A stretch of 64,000 nt of DNA from an uncultured Gemmatimonadales bacterium (lineage in GTDB: Bacteria; Gemmatimonadota; Gemmatimonadetes; Longimicrobiales; Longimicrobiaceae): assembly GCA_963716255.1 (NCBI GenBank), contig OY970303.1, positions 4,032,001-4,096,000 on the forward strand, written 5' to 3'. Positions 33,301 to 41,200 of the stretch are shown piece by piece. Position 1 is the first letter of the stretch. Each line of letters begins with the position of its first letter. Under the pieces are notes generated by a model, which had not been told where the DNA came from, made no database searches, and was given only the letters and a program-made list of their open reading frames with translations. The position numbers and the translations under genes were made by a program.

Positions 33301-35187
33301 CAGACCGGGACGCTGAGCGCGACCAACGGGACCGGGCTCCAGTTCAACAACGCGGACGGCTCCTACGCCTTCACCGGCACCGCGACGCTGAACGGGGGCA
33401 ACGCCGGGATCGACGTGACCAACGGTTCGTCGGGGACCTTCTCCTTCCCGAGCACCGCGAGCATCACCAACCCGACGGCCGAGACGGTCAACATCTCGAA
33501 CAGCGCACCCAGCTTCACCTACGCGGGCTCGCTGACCAAGACCGGCAGCGCCAGCACCGGGATCACGCTGAACTCGAACACGGGTGGGACCATCGCCTTC
33601 AGCGGCGCCACCAAGGTGTTCAGCACCCTGTCTGCCAACGCGGTCAACATGCTGAGCAACGCCGCCGGCGTGACGGTCAGCTTCGCCGATTCGCTCCGGA
33701 TCACCACCACCACCGGGGTGGGCTTCAACGCCACCGGCGGCGGAACGGTGACGGTGGCGGGGACGAACAACTCGATCACCGCGGCCGGCGGGGCGGCGCT
33801 CAACGTGGCGAGCACCACCATCGGCGCGGGCGGGCTGAACTTCCGCAGCATCTCCGCCAACGGCGGCGCCAGCGGGATCGTGCTGAACAGCACCGGCTCG
33901 GCGGGGCGCCTCCAGGTCACCGGGTCGGGCACCGCCAGCTCGGGCGGGACGATCCAGAACACCACGAGCCACGGGATCTCGCTGACCAGCACCACCAACC
34001 CCGCCTTCGACCGCATGAACCTCCAGAGCAACGGCGGGAGCGGCGTGTTCGGGACGGGCGTGGTGGGCTTCACGCTGACCAACAGCACCATCGCCACCTC
34101 CGGCTCCGGCGGTGGAGCCAACGCCAGCAACATCGACTTCTTCGCCGACGCCGCGGCGGGGACCGAGAACAACCTGTCGGGCACGGTGGTCATCACCGGC
34201 AACACGCTGTCCGCGCCCGCCTTCCACAGCGTGGACATCCAGAACTGGAGCGGGACGATCAGCGACCTGACGCTCTCGAACAACACGATCACCAACAACT
34301 CGACCCTGGGCGGCGGGATCCGGGTGATCGCCATCGGGGGGGCCGGCAACGTGGCGAAGATCACCAGGGCCACCATCGCCGGCAACCAGATCACGGGCAC
34401 CATGCAGTCGCCCGGGCTCCAGGTGCAGTGCGGCAACGCCGACGCGGGCGGCCCGCTGGGCGAGTGCGGCACCGAGGGGAGCGGCACCAACGTGGTGGCG
34501 ATCACCAACAACCAGGTGCACGGCGCCGGCGCTGCCTCGCGCATGGGCACCGAAGGGCTGCTGGCGCTGCTGAACGGGCGGGGCCAGGCCAACTTCAACG
34601 TCTCCACCAACGACGTGCGGCACACCACCGGGCGGGCGATGGCGGTGACGGTGTTCGGGCAGGGACGGATGACGGCCACGGTCGCCAACAACACCATCGT
34701 GGCGAACAACACCTTCGCCGCGGCGGGGATGGAGATCGGGGCGGACAGCACGGCCAACATGGCGAGCTTCGCCAGCTACCGCGCCACGGTGACCGGGAAC
34801 AACATCAGCCAGACCGACGGGGTGGGGATCTACGCCATCGCGCGCGGCTCCAGCGACTCGCTGCGGGTGAAACTGCAGAACAACACCATCGCCGCGCCGC
34901 TCACCGGCGTGCGCCCGGGACTGCGCGTGGATTCCGGGAGCACGAACAGCAACACCTGGGTGTGCGCCAACATCTCGGGCAACACCACCGCGGGGAGCGG
35001 CGGCACGCAGGGCATCGGCCTGCGCAAGCAGGGCACGAGCACATCGGTCAACGTCTTCGGGGTGCACGGGATGGCCGCGACCGCCACGCCGGGCGTGGAA
35101 AGCTACGTGTCGGGTCTGAACCCGGCCGGAAACGGCGTGCTGCTGATCTCGGCGACCAGCGGGTTCAGCAACTGCTCCTTCCCCTGA
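24337..35187 (+). CDS. Giant adhesin 1 (about 3616 aa): signal peptide, dockerin, ZU5-like, Ig repeats, Big-9/cadherin-like domains, beta-helix tip
   Basis: Duplicated dockerin loops GDVTADGNLTASDAL and GDADGNGQVTALDAL. ZU5-like PEGAL...GPDGQRFAKPVRLTLRY. 18 tandem 105-aa Ig repeats. N/G/T-rich beta-helical C-terminus. Confidence 0.9.
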   Translation: MMRFLPRLALFCGALLFLFGASARPAAAQSGAIGIRGDVTADGNLTASDALAVLSHVVGKPLPAGYSAELDGDADGNGQVTALDALVILGRVVGKDVARYPVGRRLLSGVVGTAGGSVVSRLDSIRIEFPEGALAEAVNITVEPATGLPATPGLVASSALSMGPDGQRFAKPVRLTLRYSPAAVPQGVDPAALRIHRRVGDGWEEVPGGTVDVASATVSAVLSGFSTYAILPRAETGLSLVKVAGDGQTGTVGLPPADFLVVRLVNPAGRGIANRVLTWTVIEGGGTIRPLEERTDSAGRVRAVFTLGPDAGLNRVRVATAGADPVVFTATGVSAAPSSIVVYAGADQTATAGGPVATPPSVRVTDARGNPVVDATVTFAVATGGGSITGATPKTDGNGIATVGSWTLGTTAGPNSLTASVAGGLSVTINATGIPGAPASISKQSGDGGTAVVGTTRALEAKVVDANGNGVAGVTVSWTVASGGGSLSAPSSLTDGSGVASVIWTFGGTAGAQSVTAAATGLAGSPLTFSATTTPAAASRLAITTQPSAAAQSGIAFPQQPVLQLQDAFGNAVAQSGVAVTAAIASGTGTLGGTATVSTNAAGVATFADLAISGPVGAYTLGFSATGLTGATSGTINLAAGAASQLAVTTQPSATAQSGVAFPQQPVVQLRDAAGNPVSQAGVTVTAAIATGGGTLGGTTTATTNASGVATFTNLSITGTVGDRTLAFSATGLTGATSGTITLTAGAASQLAVTTQPSATAQSGVAFPQQPVVQLRDASGNPVAQAGVTVTAAIATGGGTLGGTTTATTDAGGAATFTGLSITGTIGDRTLSFSATGLTGATSNTISVTAGAATQLTITTQPSSTAQSGAVFGTQPAVQLRDASGNPVAQAGVTVTAAIASGAGTLGGTTTATTNASGVATFTDLAITGVVGDRTLSFSATGLTGATSNTISVTAGAATQLAITTQPSDSVQSGTAFPRQPVVQLRDASGNPVAQAGVTVTAAIASGAGTLGGTTAATTNASGVATFTNLVITGSVGDRTLSFSATGLTGATSGTVNVRAGAASQLAITTQPSPTAQSGVAFGTQPAVQVQDASGNPIAQAGVTVTAAIATGGGTLGGTTTATTNASGVATFTNLSISGTVGDRTLSFSASGLTGATSNTISVTAGAATQLAITTQPSSTAESGVAFATQPAVQLQDASGNPVAQAGVTVTAAIASGAGTLGGTTTATTNASGVATFTNLQITGVLGDRTLSFSASGLTGATSNTVSVTAGAATQLTITTQPSDSVQSGTTFPRQPVVQLRDASGNPVAQAGVTVTAAIASGAGTLGGTTTATTNGSGVATFTNLVITGAVGDRTISFSASGLTGATSNTVSVTAGAASQLTITTQPSDSVQSGTTFPRQPVVQLRDASGNPVAQAGVTVTAAIASGAGTLGGTTTATTNASGVATFTNLVITGAVGDRTLSFSASGLTGATSNTVSVTAGAATQLAVTTQPSSTAQSGVAFATQPAVQIQDASGNPVAQAGVTVTAAIASGAGTLGGTTTATTNASGVATFTDLAITGVVGDRTLSFSATGLTSATSNTISVTAGAATQLAITTQPSDSVQSGTTFPRQPVVQLRDASGNPVAQAGVTVTVAIASGAGTLGGTTTATTNASGVATFTDLVITGVVGDRTLSFSATGLTGATSNTVSVTAGGASQLVITTQPSDSVQSGTTFPRQPVVQLRDASGNPVAQAGVTVTAAIATGGGTLGGTTTATTNASGVATFTNLSISGTVGDRTLSFSATGLTGATSSTISVTAGAASQLTITTQPSDSVQSGTTFPRQPAVQLRDASGNPVAQAGVTVTAAIATGGGTLGGTTTATTNASGVATFTNLSITGAVGDRTLSFSAAGLTGATSSTVSVTAGAAAQLAVTTQPSATVQSGVAFPQQPVVQLRDAAGNPVAQAGVTVTAAIASGGGTLGGTTTATTDATGAATFTDLSITGTVGDRTLSFSASGLTGATSNTISVTAGAATQLGITTQPSDSVQSGIAFPRQPVVQLRDASGNPVSQAGVTVTAAIASGAGTLGGTTTATTNASGVATFTDLSITGLVGDRTLSFSASGLTGATSATVSVTAGAASQLVITTQPSDSVQGGAPFPRQPVVRLLDASGNPVAQAGVTVTAAIASGGGTLGGTTTATTNASGVATFTNLSISGAAGDRTLSFSATGLTGATSTTVRVTSGPPAQLFIATQPSSSAQAGVAFAQQPAVQLQDASGNPTAQAGVVVTAAIASGGGTLGGTVTATTDATGLATFTNLSIGGTVGSRTLSFSASGLTGATSGTINVTAGPAAALAFSVQPSNVVASAPITPAVQVSIVDAYGNVVTGATDNVTLAIGNNPSGGTLSGTTTVAATGGVATFSGLSINLVGTGYTLTASAAGLGTATSVGFNVTHGPLDHFLVEAAGGGPIGNQLAGTPFNVRVTAKDAFNNTVTSFTGTVGFTSTPAGGISAGATSGAFTAGVLSSHAITFGTPGSFTLTATRTSGTESGTSNSFEVQAAPTAVNEGPTPTSAPGQPFHAFFSTSGSPQTFSLAAPGVLSNDNLGFPLATITSFGADSLGGSVTTYAAGSTVSPLPGTGRTTGSLSVGANGTITFTPPDGFTGNYVFKYRLTNVRGFSDGQVTIAVGARPAAANDTYAPVLLGNVPINTATSTQFRVTSNDAGDGKILAITGQSNGTATLNADSTFVFRPNPGFEGTASFTYTVRNGFGTTAPATVTMTVANPVWFVDASASAGGDGRYDARFNSLSSFAAINNGTGSNPAANDRVFLYTGAYTGAVTLLNGQQFVGQGATGSSFSSVLGVTWPADSGTEPGINGTSPTITSATTGITLGSGNTLRGFNLGNVTGTALSGTSFGTVVVSSVGINTTGQALSLTTGTLNGGFTQLRSTGGTNNVFLSGVATTGTSTLGGAGDVLSGATGDAFVVAGGTGSFTYSGSVTQASNAALLNVSGGHSGTLTFQTGTLSATNGTGLQFNNADGSYAFTGTATLNGGNAGIDVTNGSSGTFSFPSTASITNPTAETVNISNSAPSFTYAGSLTKTGSASTGITLNSNTGGTIAFSGATKVFSTLSANAVNMLSNAAGVTVSFADSLRITTTTGVGFNATGGGTVTVAGTNNSITAAGGAALNVASTTIGAGGLNFRSISANGGASGIVLNSTGSAGRLQVTGSGTASSGGTIQNTTSHGISLTSTTNPAFDRMNLQSNGGSGVFGTGVVGFTLTNSTIATSGSGGGANASNIDFFADAAAGTENNLSGTVVITGNTLSAPAFHSVDIQNWSGTISDLTLSNNTITNNSTLGGGIRVIAIGGAGNVAKITRATIAGNQITGTMQSPGLQVQCGNADAGGPLGECGTEGSGTNVVAITNNQVHGAGAASRMGTEGLLALLNGRGQANFNVSTNDVRHTTGRAMAVTVFGQGRMTATVANNTIVANNTFAAAGMEIGADSTANMASFASYRATVTGNNISQTDGVGIYAIARGSSDSLRVKLQNNTIAAPLTGVRPGLRVDSGSTNSNTWVCANISGNTTAGSGGTQGIGLRKQGTSTSVNVFGVHGMAATATPGVESYVSGLNPAGNGVLLISATSGFSNCSFP
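25945..31610 (+). repeat. Intragenic tandem array of 315-bp (105-aa) Ig-like repeats
   Basis: The ACCACGCAGC (TTQP) anchor recurs in 315-bp register at 25966, 26281, 26596, 26911 ... 30691, 31006, with a diverged unit at 31321. That gives 17 plus 1 units. Confidence 0.95.
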
Positions 35188-35201
35188 TCCAGTCTTTTCT
35201 T

Positions 35202-35268
35202 ACCGGAGGCGGGTTCGCCAACCCGCCTCCGGTCCCCAGAGCGCCCCTCCACACCGGAGGGGCGCTCT
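35202..35268 (+). promoter_or_regulatory. Tandem perfect hairpins between adhesin 1 and the tail-collar genes
   Basis: ACCGGAGGCGGGTT-CGCC-AACCCGCCTCCGGT and AGAGCGCCCCTCC-ACACC-GGAGGGGCGCTCT. No U-tract after either hairpin on the + strand. Confidence 0.6.
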
Positions 35269-35323
35269 CGCAGGAACGCAGAACCCCCGGCTGTTCCCTC
35301 ACTCCACACACCAGGAGACCTCG

Positions 35324-35830
35324 ATGGCCGAACCGTTCCTATCCGAGATCCGGATCATGAGCTTCGTCTTTGCGCCCAAAGGCTGGGCGCTCTGCAACGG
35401 ACAGCTCCTCCCGATCAACCAGAACCAGGCTCTCTTCTCTCTCCTTGGAACCACCTTCGGCGGGGACGGGCGCGTCAATTTCGCCCTCCCCGACCTGCGC
35501 GGCCGCACCCCCATCCACGTGGGGAGCGCGCACACCCTGGGCGAGCGCGGGGGCGAGCAGGCCCACACGGTCTCGATCTCGGAGCTGCCCACGCACACGC
35601 ACGTGGCCAACGCCACCACGGCCACCGCGACCACGAACACACCCACCAACGCCCTGATGCTGGCCGCCAGCAGCGGCTCCTCGCTCTACGCCGCCGCCAG
35701 CAACCTGGGCGTCATGGACCCGCGATCCATCAGCAGCGTCGGCGGCAGCCAGGCGCACCTGAACATGCAGCCCTTCCTGACGCTGAGCTTCTGCATCGCT
35801 CTCCAGGGCATCTTTCCCTCCCCCAACTGA
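35324..35830 (+). CDS. Phage tail collar domain protein (MdpB-like) 1
   Basis: EIRIMSFVFAPKGWALCNGQLLPINQNQALFSLLGTTFGGDG..FALPDLRGR, ending IALQGIFP. Confidence 0.95.
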   Translation: MAEPFLSEIRIMSFVFAPKGWALCNGQLLPINQNQALFSLLGTTFGGDGRVNFALPDLRGRTPIHVGSAHTLGERGGEQAHTVSISELPTHTHVANATTATATTNTPTNALMLAASSGSSLYAAASNLGVMDPRSISSVGGSQAHLNMQPFLTLSFCIALQGIFPSPN

Positions 35831-35842
35831 GGCCACACCCAC

Positions 35843-36352
35843 ATGGCGCAACCCTACGTGGGCGAGATCCGCATGTTCGCCGGAAACTTCGCCCCAGCCG
35901 GTTGGATGTTCTGCGAGGGCCAGCTCCTGCCCATCTCCGAGAACGAGACGCTCTTCCAGCTCATCGGCACCACCTACGGCGGCGACGGCGAGAGCACCTT
36001 CGCCCTTCCCGACCTGCGCGGCCGCCTGCCGCTGCACCAGGGCAACGGCTTCATCCTGGCCGAGACCGGCGGGGCCAAGGAGATCACGCTGACCGTGCAG
36101 CAGATCCCTTCCCACACGCACACCATGCTGGGCTCGGGGGCCTTGGCCAGCGGGGCCGGGCCGAACAACTCGCTGCTGGCCAGCAGCACCGGGGCCACGG
36201 TCTTCCCCTACGGCACGGACGCGCCGGTGACGACGCTGCACCCCTCCTCCGTCAGCCCGGTGGGCGGCAGCCAGCCGCACACCAACTTCCAGCCGTACCT
36301 GTGCGTGGACTTCATCATCTCGCTGTTCGGCATCTTCCCCTCCCCCACCTGA
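35843..36352 (+). CDS. Phage tail collar domain protein (MdpB-like) 2
   Basis: GEIRMFAGNFAPAGWMFCEGQLL...FALPDLRGR. Confidence 0.95.
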   Translation: MAQPYVGEIRMFAGNFAPAGWMFCEGQLLPISENETLFQLIGTTYGGDGESTFALPDLRGRLPLHQGNGFILAETGGAKEITLTVQQIPSHTHTMLGSGALASGAGPNNSLLASSTGATVFPYGTDAPVTTLHPSSVSPVGGSQPHTNFQPYLCVDFIISLFGIFPSPT

Positions 36353-36364
36353 CGGAGACAGACC

Positions 36365-36883
36365 ATGGCCGATCCGTTCGTTGCCGAGATCCGCATCTTC
36401 CCGTTCAACTTCGCACCCAAGGGGTGGGCGTGGTGCAACGGGCAGCTGCTGCCGATCTCGCAGAACACCGCGCTGTTCTCGCTCCTGGGGACCACCTACG
36501 GGGGAGACGGCAAGAGCACCTTCGCGCTGCCGGACCTGGAGGGCCGGGCGCCGATGCACCCGGGGCAGGGGCCGGGACTGTCGCTGCACGACCTGGGGGA
36601 GACGGGGGGGAGCGAGACGGTGACGCTGCTGGAAAGCGAGATCCCGGCGCACGTGCACGCGATGGGGGTGTCGCAGGCCGACGGGCTGGAGCGCTTTCCC
36701 ACGGGGCAGCTGCTGTCCACGGGAGTGGGGATCGGCGCCTACGCGGCTCCGGGGCCCGTCACCAACCTGGCGTTCGAGGCGCTGCCGCCGGCGGGGGGTG
36801 ACCAGCCGCACAACAACATGATGCCGTACCTCACCTTCTACTTCAACATCGCGCTCCAGGGCGTGTTCCCGCCGCGCGGCTAG
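36365..36883 (+). CDS. Phage tail collar domain protein (MdpB-like) 3
   Basis: AEIRIFPFNFAPKGWAWCNGQLL...IALQGVFPPR. Confidence 0.95.
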   Translation: MADPFVAEIRIFPFNFAPKGWAWCNGQLLPISQNTALFSLLGTTYGGDGKSTFALPDLEGRAPMHPGQGPGLSLHDLGETGGSETVTLLESEIPAHVHAMGVSQADGLERFPTGQLLSTGVGIGAYAAPGPVTNLAFEALPPAGGDQPHNNMMPYLTFYFNIALQGVFPPRG

Positions 36884-36960
36884 CGGCGGCGGGTGGACCC
36901 GCGGGGTGCGGCCCTGGGCCGCACCCTTCGGGTCCGTGGATGTAGCGCATCGCGCGGCTC

Positions 36961-37503
36961 ATGGAGTCCGGACCGGCGCTCCCCGGTCACACCGGCGGGC
37001 GCTCACCTGGAAAGGAGGCGGATATCCACGCAGAAGTGTCGCTCCGGCCCATCGGCGACGAGGACCGTGAGCTCCTGTTCCGCGTCTACGCGGGGACGCG
37101 CGAGGAGGAGCTGGCGCCGGTCCCCTGGACGCCGGAGCAGAAGGAGGCGTTCCTGCGCATGCAGTTCGACGCGCAGCACGCGTACTACCAGGAGCACTAT
37201 GCCGGCGCCGACTTCGACGTGGTGCTGGCGGATGGGGAGCCGGTGGGGCGCCTGTACCTGGCGCGCTGGACGAGCGAGCACCGCATCGTGGACATCGCGA
37301 TCCTGCCGGGCCACCGCGGCCGCGGGCTGGGCTCTGAGCTGTTGCGCCGGATCCTGGCGGAGGCGGACGGGGCGGGGAAGCCGGTGACCATCCACGTGGA
37401 GATGCACAACCCGGTGCGGCGGCTCTACGATCGCCTGGGGTTCGTGCCGGTGGAGGAGCGGGGCGTGTACCTGCTCATGGAGCGCCCGGTCGGGGCGGCG
37501 TGA
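36961..37503 (+). CDS. GNAT family N-acetyltransferase (tail-collar-cluster type)
   Basis: FLRMQFDAQHAYY, DIAILPGHRGRGLG and NPVRRLYDRLGF. The true start may be downstream of 36961. Confidence 0.9.
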   Translation: MESGPALPGHTGGRSPGKEADIHAEVSLRPIGDEDRELLFRVYAGTREEELAPVPWTPEQKEAFLRMQFDAQHAYYQEHYAGADFDVVLADGEPVGRLYLARWTSEHRIVDIAILPGHRGRGLGSELLRRILAEADGAGKPVTIHVEMHNPVRRLYDRLGFVPVEERGVYLLMERPVGAA

Positions 37504-37581
37504 CCCGCGACGGCCGGGACGCCCCGGCCGTCCGGCGCGGAATGCGCCGGGCGAACGGGGCGCCGGAGCTCCGCGGCGCGC

Positions 37582-37875
37582 TCAGGTGAAGACGGCCTCG
37601 TACTGCATCCCCTGCGCGCCGGGTCCCACAGGGACCAGGAAGAGCGCGAACTCGCCGACGGCGGCGTGCTCCATGTGGTAGATGCGCTGGGGCAGCACGG
37701 GCTGCAGGGGGCCGACGAAGGTGAGCGTGAAGGGCACCCGGTGCCCGTCCGACCCGCTCCCCCAGGTGCGGGCGCTCTGCAGCTGCGTCTCGACGGTGCT
37801 CCCGTCGTCCAGCCGGATCAGGAACACCTCGCCCTCGTGGCCGGCAAAGGTTTCGTGGGTGAACGCTTCGAGCAT
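37582..37875 (-). CDS. DUF6916-like small protein
   Basis: 97 aa. PFTLTFVGP..LPQRIY..EH...LFLVPVG...YEAVFT, a family typically found beside tail-collar/GNAT genes. Confidence 0.8.
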   Translation of the reverse strand: MLEAFTHETFAGHEGEVFLIRLDDGSTVETQLQSARTWGSGSDGHRVPFTLTFVGPLQPVLPQRIYHMEHAAVGEFALFLVPVGPGAQGMQYEAVFT

Positions 37876-38263
37876 GTCGGTGTCCGGTGCGTGAAGAGAG
37901 GATGGCGGGTCCGGGTGGCCCGCGGCGGGTCCGGACGGGTAAGATGCACGCCCGCGTCTTCCGCGCAACCGGTGCCACGACATCCACCTGTCTGCATGAT
38001 GCGTCTTCACGGTGCGCGGGCCGGCGAGGGAGATGCCGGCTCGTTGAACTTTCCTTGACAACCGGCGGCTTCCGCCCTCATTTTTGGGGCCGATTCCGCC
38101 ACTGAACTCCCGGTCGCCGGCCGCGCTTGCGAGCGCGCGCCGGCATCGCTCGCCCCGGAAACCGTTCCGGCACGGACGCGCTCGAGCGCGTGCTCCGCCC
38201 GGATGCATCCCGGTGCGTCCTACCTTCGCTCGCCAGCCTCTCCTTCCGATCGCTTCCGGAGAC

Positions 38264-41200
38264 ATGATGCGGTTCTTTTCCAGGCTCGCCCTGCTCTGCT
38301 CGGCGCTGCTCCTGAGTCTCGCGCTCGCACCCCGCCCGCTTGCCGCCCAGTCCGGCGCGATCGGGATCCGCGGCGACGTGAACCGTGACGGCAGCGTCAC
38401 GGCCGTCGACGCGCTCGCGATCCTTTCCCACGTGGTCGGCAAGCCGCTCCCCGCCTCGTACACGGTGGATCTGGACGGCGACGCCGACGGCAGCGGCGAG
38501 GTGACCGCGGTGGACGCGCTGGTCATCCTCGGCCACGCGGTGGGCAGGGACGTGGCGCGCTACCCGGTGGGGCAGCGAGTCCTCGCCGTGCGCGTGGGGA
38601 CGGCGGGCGGCCCTGTGGCCTCGCGTCCCGACTCCATCGGCCTCCAGGTGCCGGAAGGGGCGCTTGCCGCGGCGACCGTGGTGACCGTCCGTCCCGCCGC
38701 GGGGCTCGACGGGTCGGCGGGCGTGCTTGCCGGTACCGCGCTGGCGATCGCGACGGAGGGTGGAAGCTTCGCCAGGCCGGTGCGGCTGACGCTGCGCGTG
38801 AACCCGGCTGTTCTCCCGGAGGGCGCCACCCTGGAGGAGCTGCGCATCCACCGCCGCGTGGGCGACGGATGGGAGGAGCTGCCGGGCGGGAGCGTGGACG
38901 TGGCGGCCGGGACCGTGGCCGCGGAGCTGCCCGGCGCGGGGACCTTTGCGGTGCGCGCGGGCGCCCCGCGCGGGCTGCGCCTGGTCAAGGAGGCTGGCGA
39001 CGGGCAGACGGGGATCGTGGGGCGGCCGCCGCTGGACTTCCTGGCGGTGCGGCTTGTGAACGGGGCCGGACGCGGCGTTCCGGGGGTCGAGCTCGCCTGG
39101 GTGGTGAGGGAGGGGGGCGGCTCGGTGCGGCCCCTGGCGGCCCGCACCGACAGCGCCGGCCGGGTGCGCGCGGTGCTGACGCTGGGCGCGGTGCCGGGGA
39201 CCAACCGGGTGCGCGTGTCGGCGGCGGGGGCGGACTCGGTGACCTTCACGGCGCAGGGCGTCGCGGATGCCCCCAGCGCCGTCGCCGTGGTGGCCGGCGC
39301 GGGCCAGACGGCGACGGCCGGGAGCGCGGTGGCGACGCCGCCCTCGGTGCGCGTCACCGACTCGGCGGGGAACCCGGTGGTGGACGCGGCCGTGACCTTC
39401 GCGGTGGCGGCGGGCGGCGGCACGGTGACGGGCGGCGCGACGCGCACGGATGCCGGCGGCGTGGCGACGGTGGGCTCGTGGACGCTGGGAACGACCGCCG
39501 GGCCCAACTCCCTCACCGCCACGGTGCAGGGTGGGCCGGCTGCGACCATCTCGGCCACCGGGATCCCGGGCGCCGCGGCGTCGATCTCGATCGTCTCGGG
39601 CGACGGTGGCACGGCGGTCGTGGCGACCACGCGCGCGCTGCAGGCGAAGGTGGTGGACGCCCACGGGAACGGCGTCCCCGGGACGGCGGTGGCGTGGGCG
39701 GTGGCGACGGGCGGCGGCTCGCTCTCGTCGCCGGGCTCGGTGACGGACGGCTCGGGCGTGGCCACGAACGTCTGGACCTTCGGCGGCACGGTGGGCGCGC
39801 AGAGCGTCACCGCCTCGGCGGCGGGGCTGGCGGGGTCGCCGCTCACCTTCACGGCGACCACCACGCCGGCAGCGGCGTCGCAGCTCACCCTCGCCGCGCA
39901 GCCCTCGTCGACCGCGCGGAGCGGGATCGTCCTGGCGGCGCAGCCGGCGGTGCAGCTCCGCGACGCATTCGGCAACGCGGTCCCGCAGGCGGGCGTCGCC
40001 GTGACGGCGGCCATCGCCACGGGCGGCGGCACGCTGGGCGGCACCGCGACCGTGAGCACGGACGCGAGCGGCGTGGCGGCGTTCACCGACCTGGCGATCT
40101 CCGGCACCGTGGGCCAGCGGACGCTGTCGTTCTCGGCGGCGGGCGTCGCGGCGGCCACCTCCGGCGCGGTGGACGTGGCCGCGGGAACGGCGGCCAGCCT
40201 CGCCGCGAGCGCGGGCGACGGTCAGACGGCGGCGGCGGGGAGCGCGGTGGCGACTGCCCCCGCGGTCCGCGTCGTGGACGCCAGCGGCAACCCGGTGGCG
40301 GGTGTGGGCGTGACCTTCGCCGTCGCGACCGGCGGCGGGAGCGTCACGGGCGCCTCGGCGACCACGGACGCGAGCGGGATCGCGGCGGCCGGGAGCTGGA
40401 CGCTGGGGACGGCGGCGGGCGCCAACACGCTGACCGCGTCGTCCACGGGGCTGACGACGGCGACCTTCACGGCCACGGGCGTGGCGGGCGCCGCGGCCGC
40501 CATCTCCATCCGGTCGGGCGACGGCGGCAGCGCGCAGGTGGGGACCACGCGCGTTCTGGAGGCGCGGGTGGTGGACGCCCACGGCAACCCCGTGCAGGCG
40601 AGCACGGTGGCGTGGGCGGTCGCGACGGGCGGCGGCTCGCTGAGCGCCCCGTCCTCGGCGACCGACGCGGCCGGCGTGGCGTCGGTGACCTGGACTCTGG
40701 GGACCACGGCGGGCCCGCAGAGCGCCACCGCCACCTCGGCGGGGCTCACGGGATCGCCGCTCACCTTCACGGCGAGCGCCACCCCGGCGCCGGCGGCGCG
40801 CCTGGCGGTCGCCACCCAGCCCTCGGCGAGTGCGCGCAGCGGGATCGCCTTCGCGGCGCAGCCGGCGGTGCAGCTGGAGGACGCCTTCGGCAACGCGGTG
40901 CCGCAGAGCGGCGTCGCCGTGACGGCGGCCGTCGCCTCGGGCGGGGGGACGCTGGGCGGGACGGCCACGGTGAGCACGGACGCGGCGGGCCGGGCGACCT
41001 TCGCCGGCCTGTCCATCAGCGGCGCGACCGGGGCCTACACGCTGGGCTTCTCGGCCGCGGGGCTGGCGGGCGCCGCATCCGGCACCATCACCCTGGCCCC
41101 GGGGAACCCGGCGGCGCTGGCGGTCGCCACGCAGCCCTCGGCCACGGCGCTGAGCGGGATCGCCTTCGCGGCGCAGCCCGTGGTGCAGCTCCGCGATGCC

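Noticed and set aside
22559..35187. True cellulosome
   Set aside because: Only single-cohesin proteins are present, and no recognisable glycoside hydrolase or CBM on the dockerin proteins. A lyase-like activity of the beta-helix tip cannot be excluded.
35324..36883. Prophage or contractile injection system
   Set aside because: No capsid, terminase, sheath, tube, baseplate or integrase genes nearby. The context is an adhesin locus.
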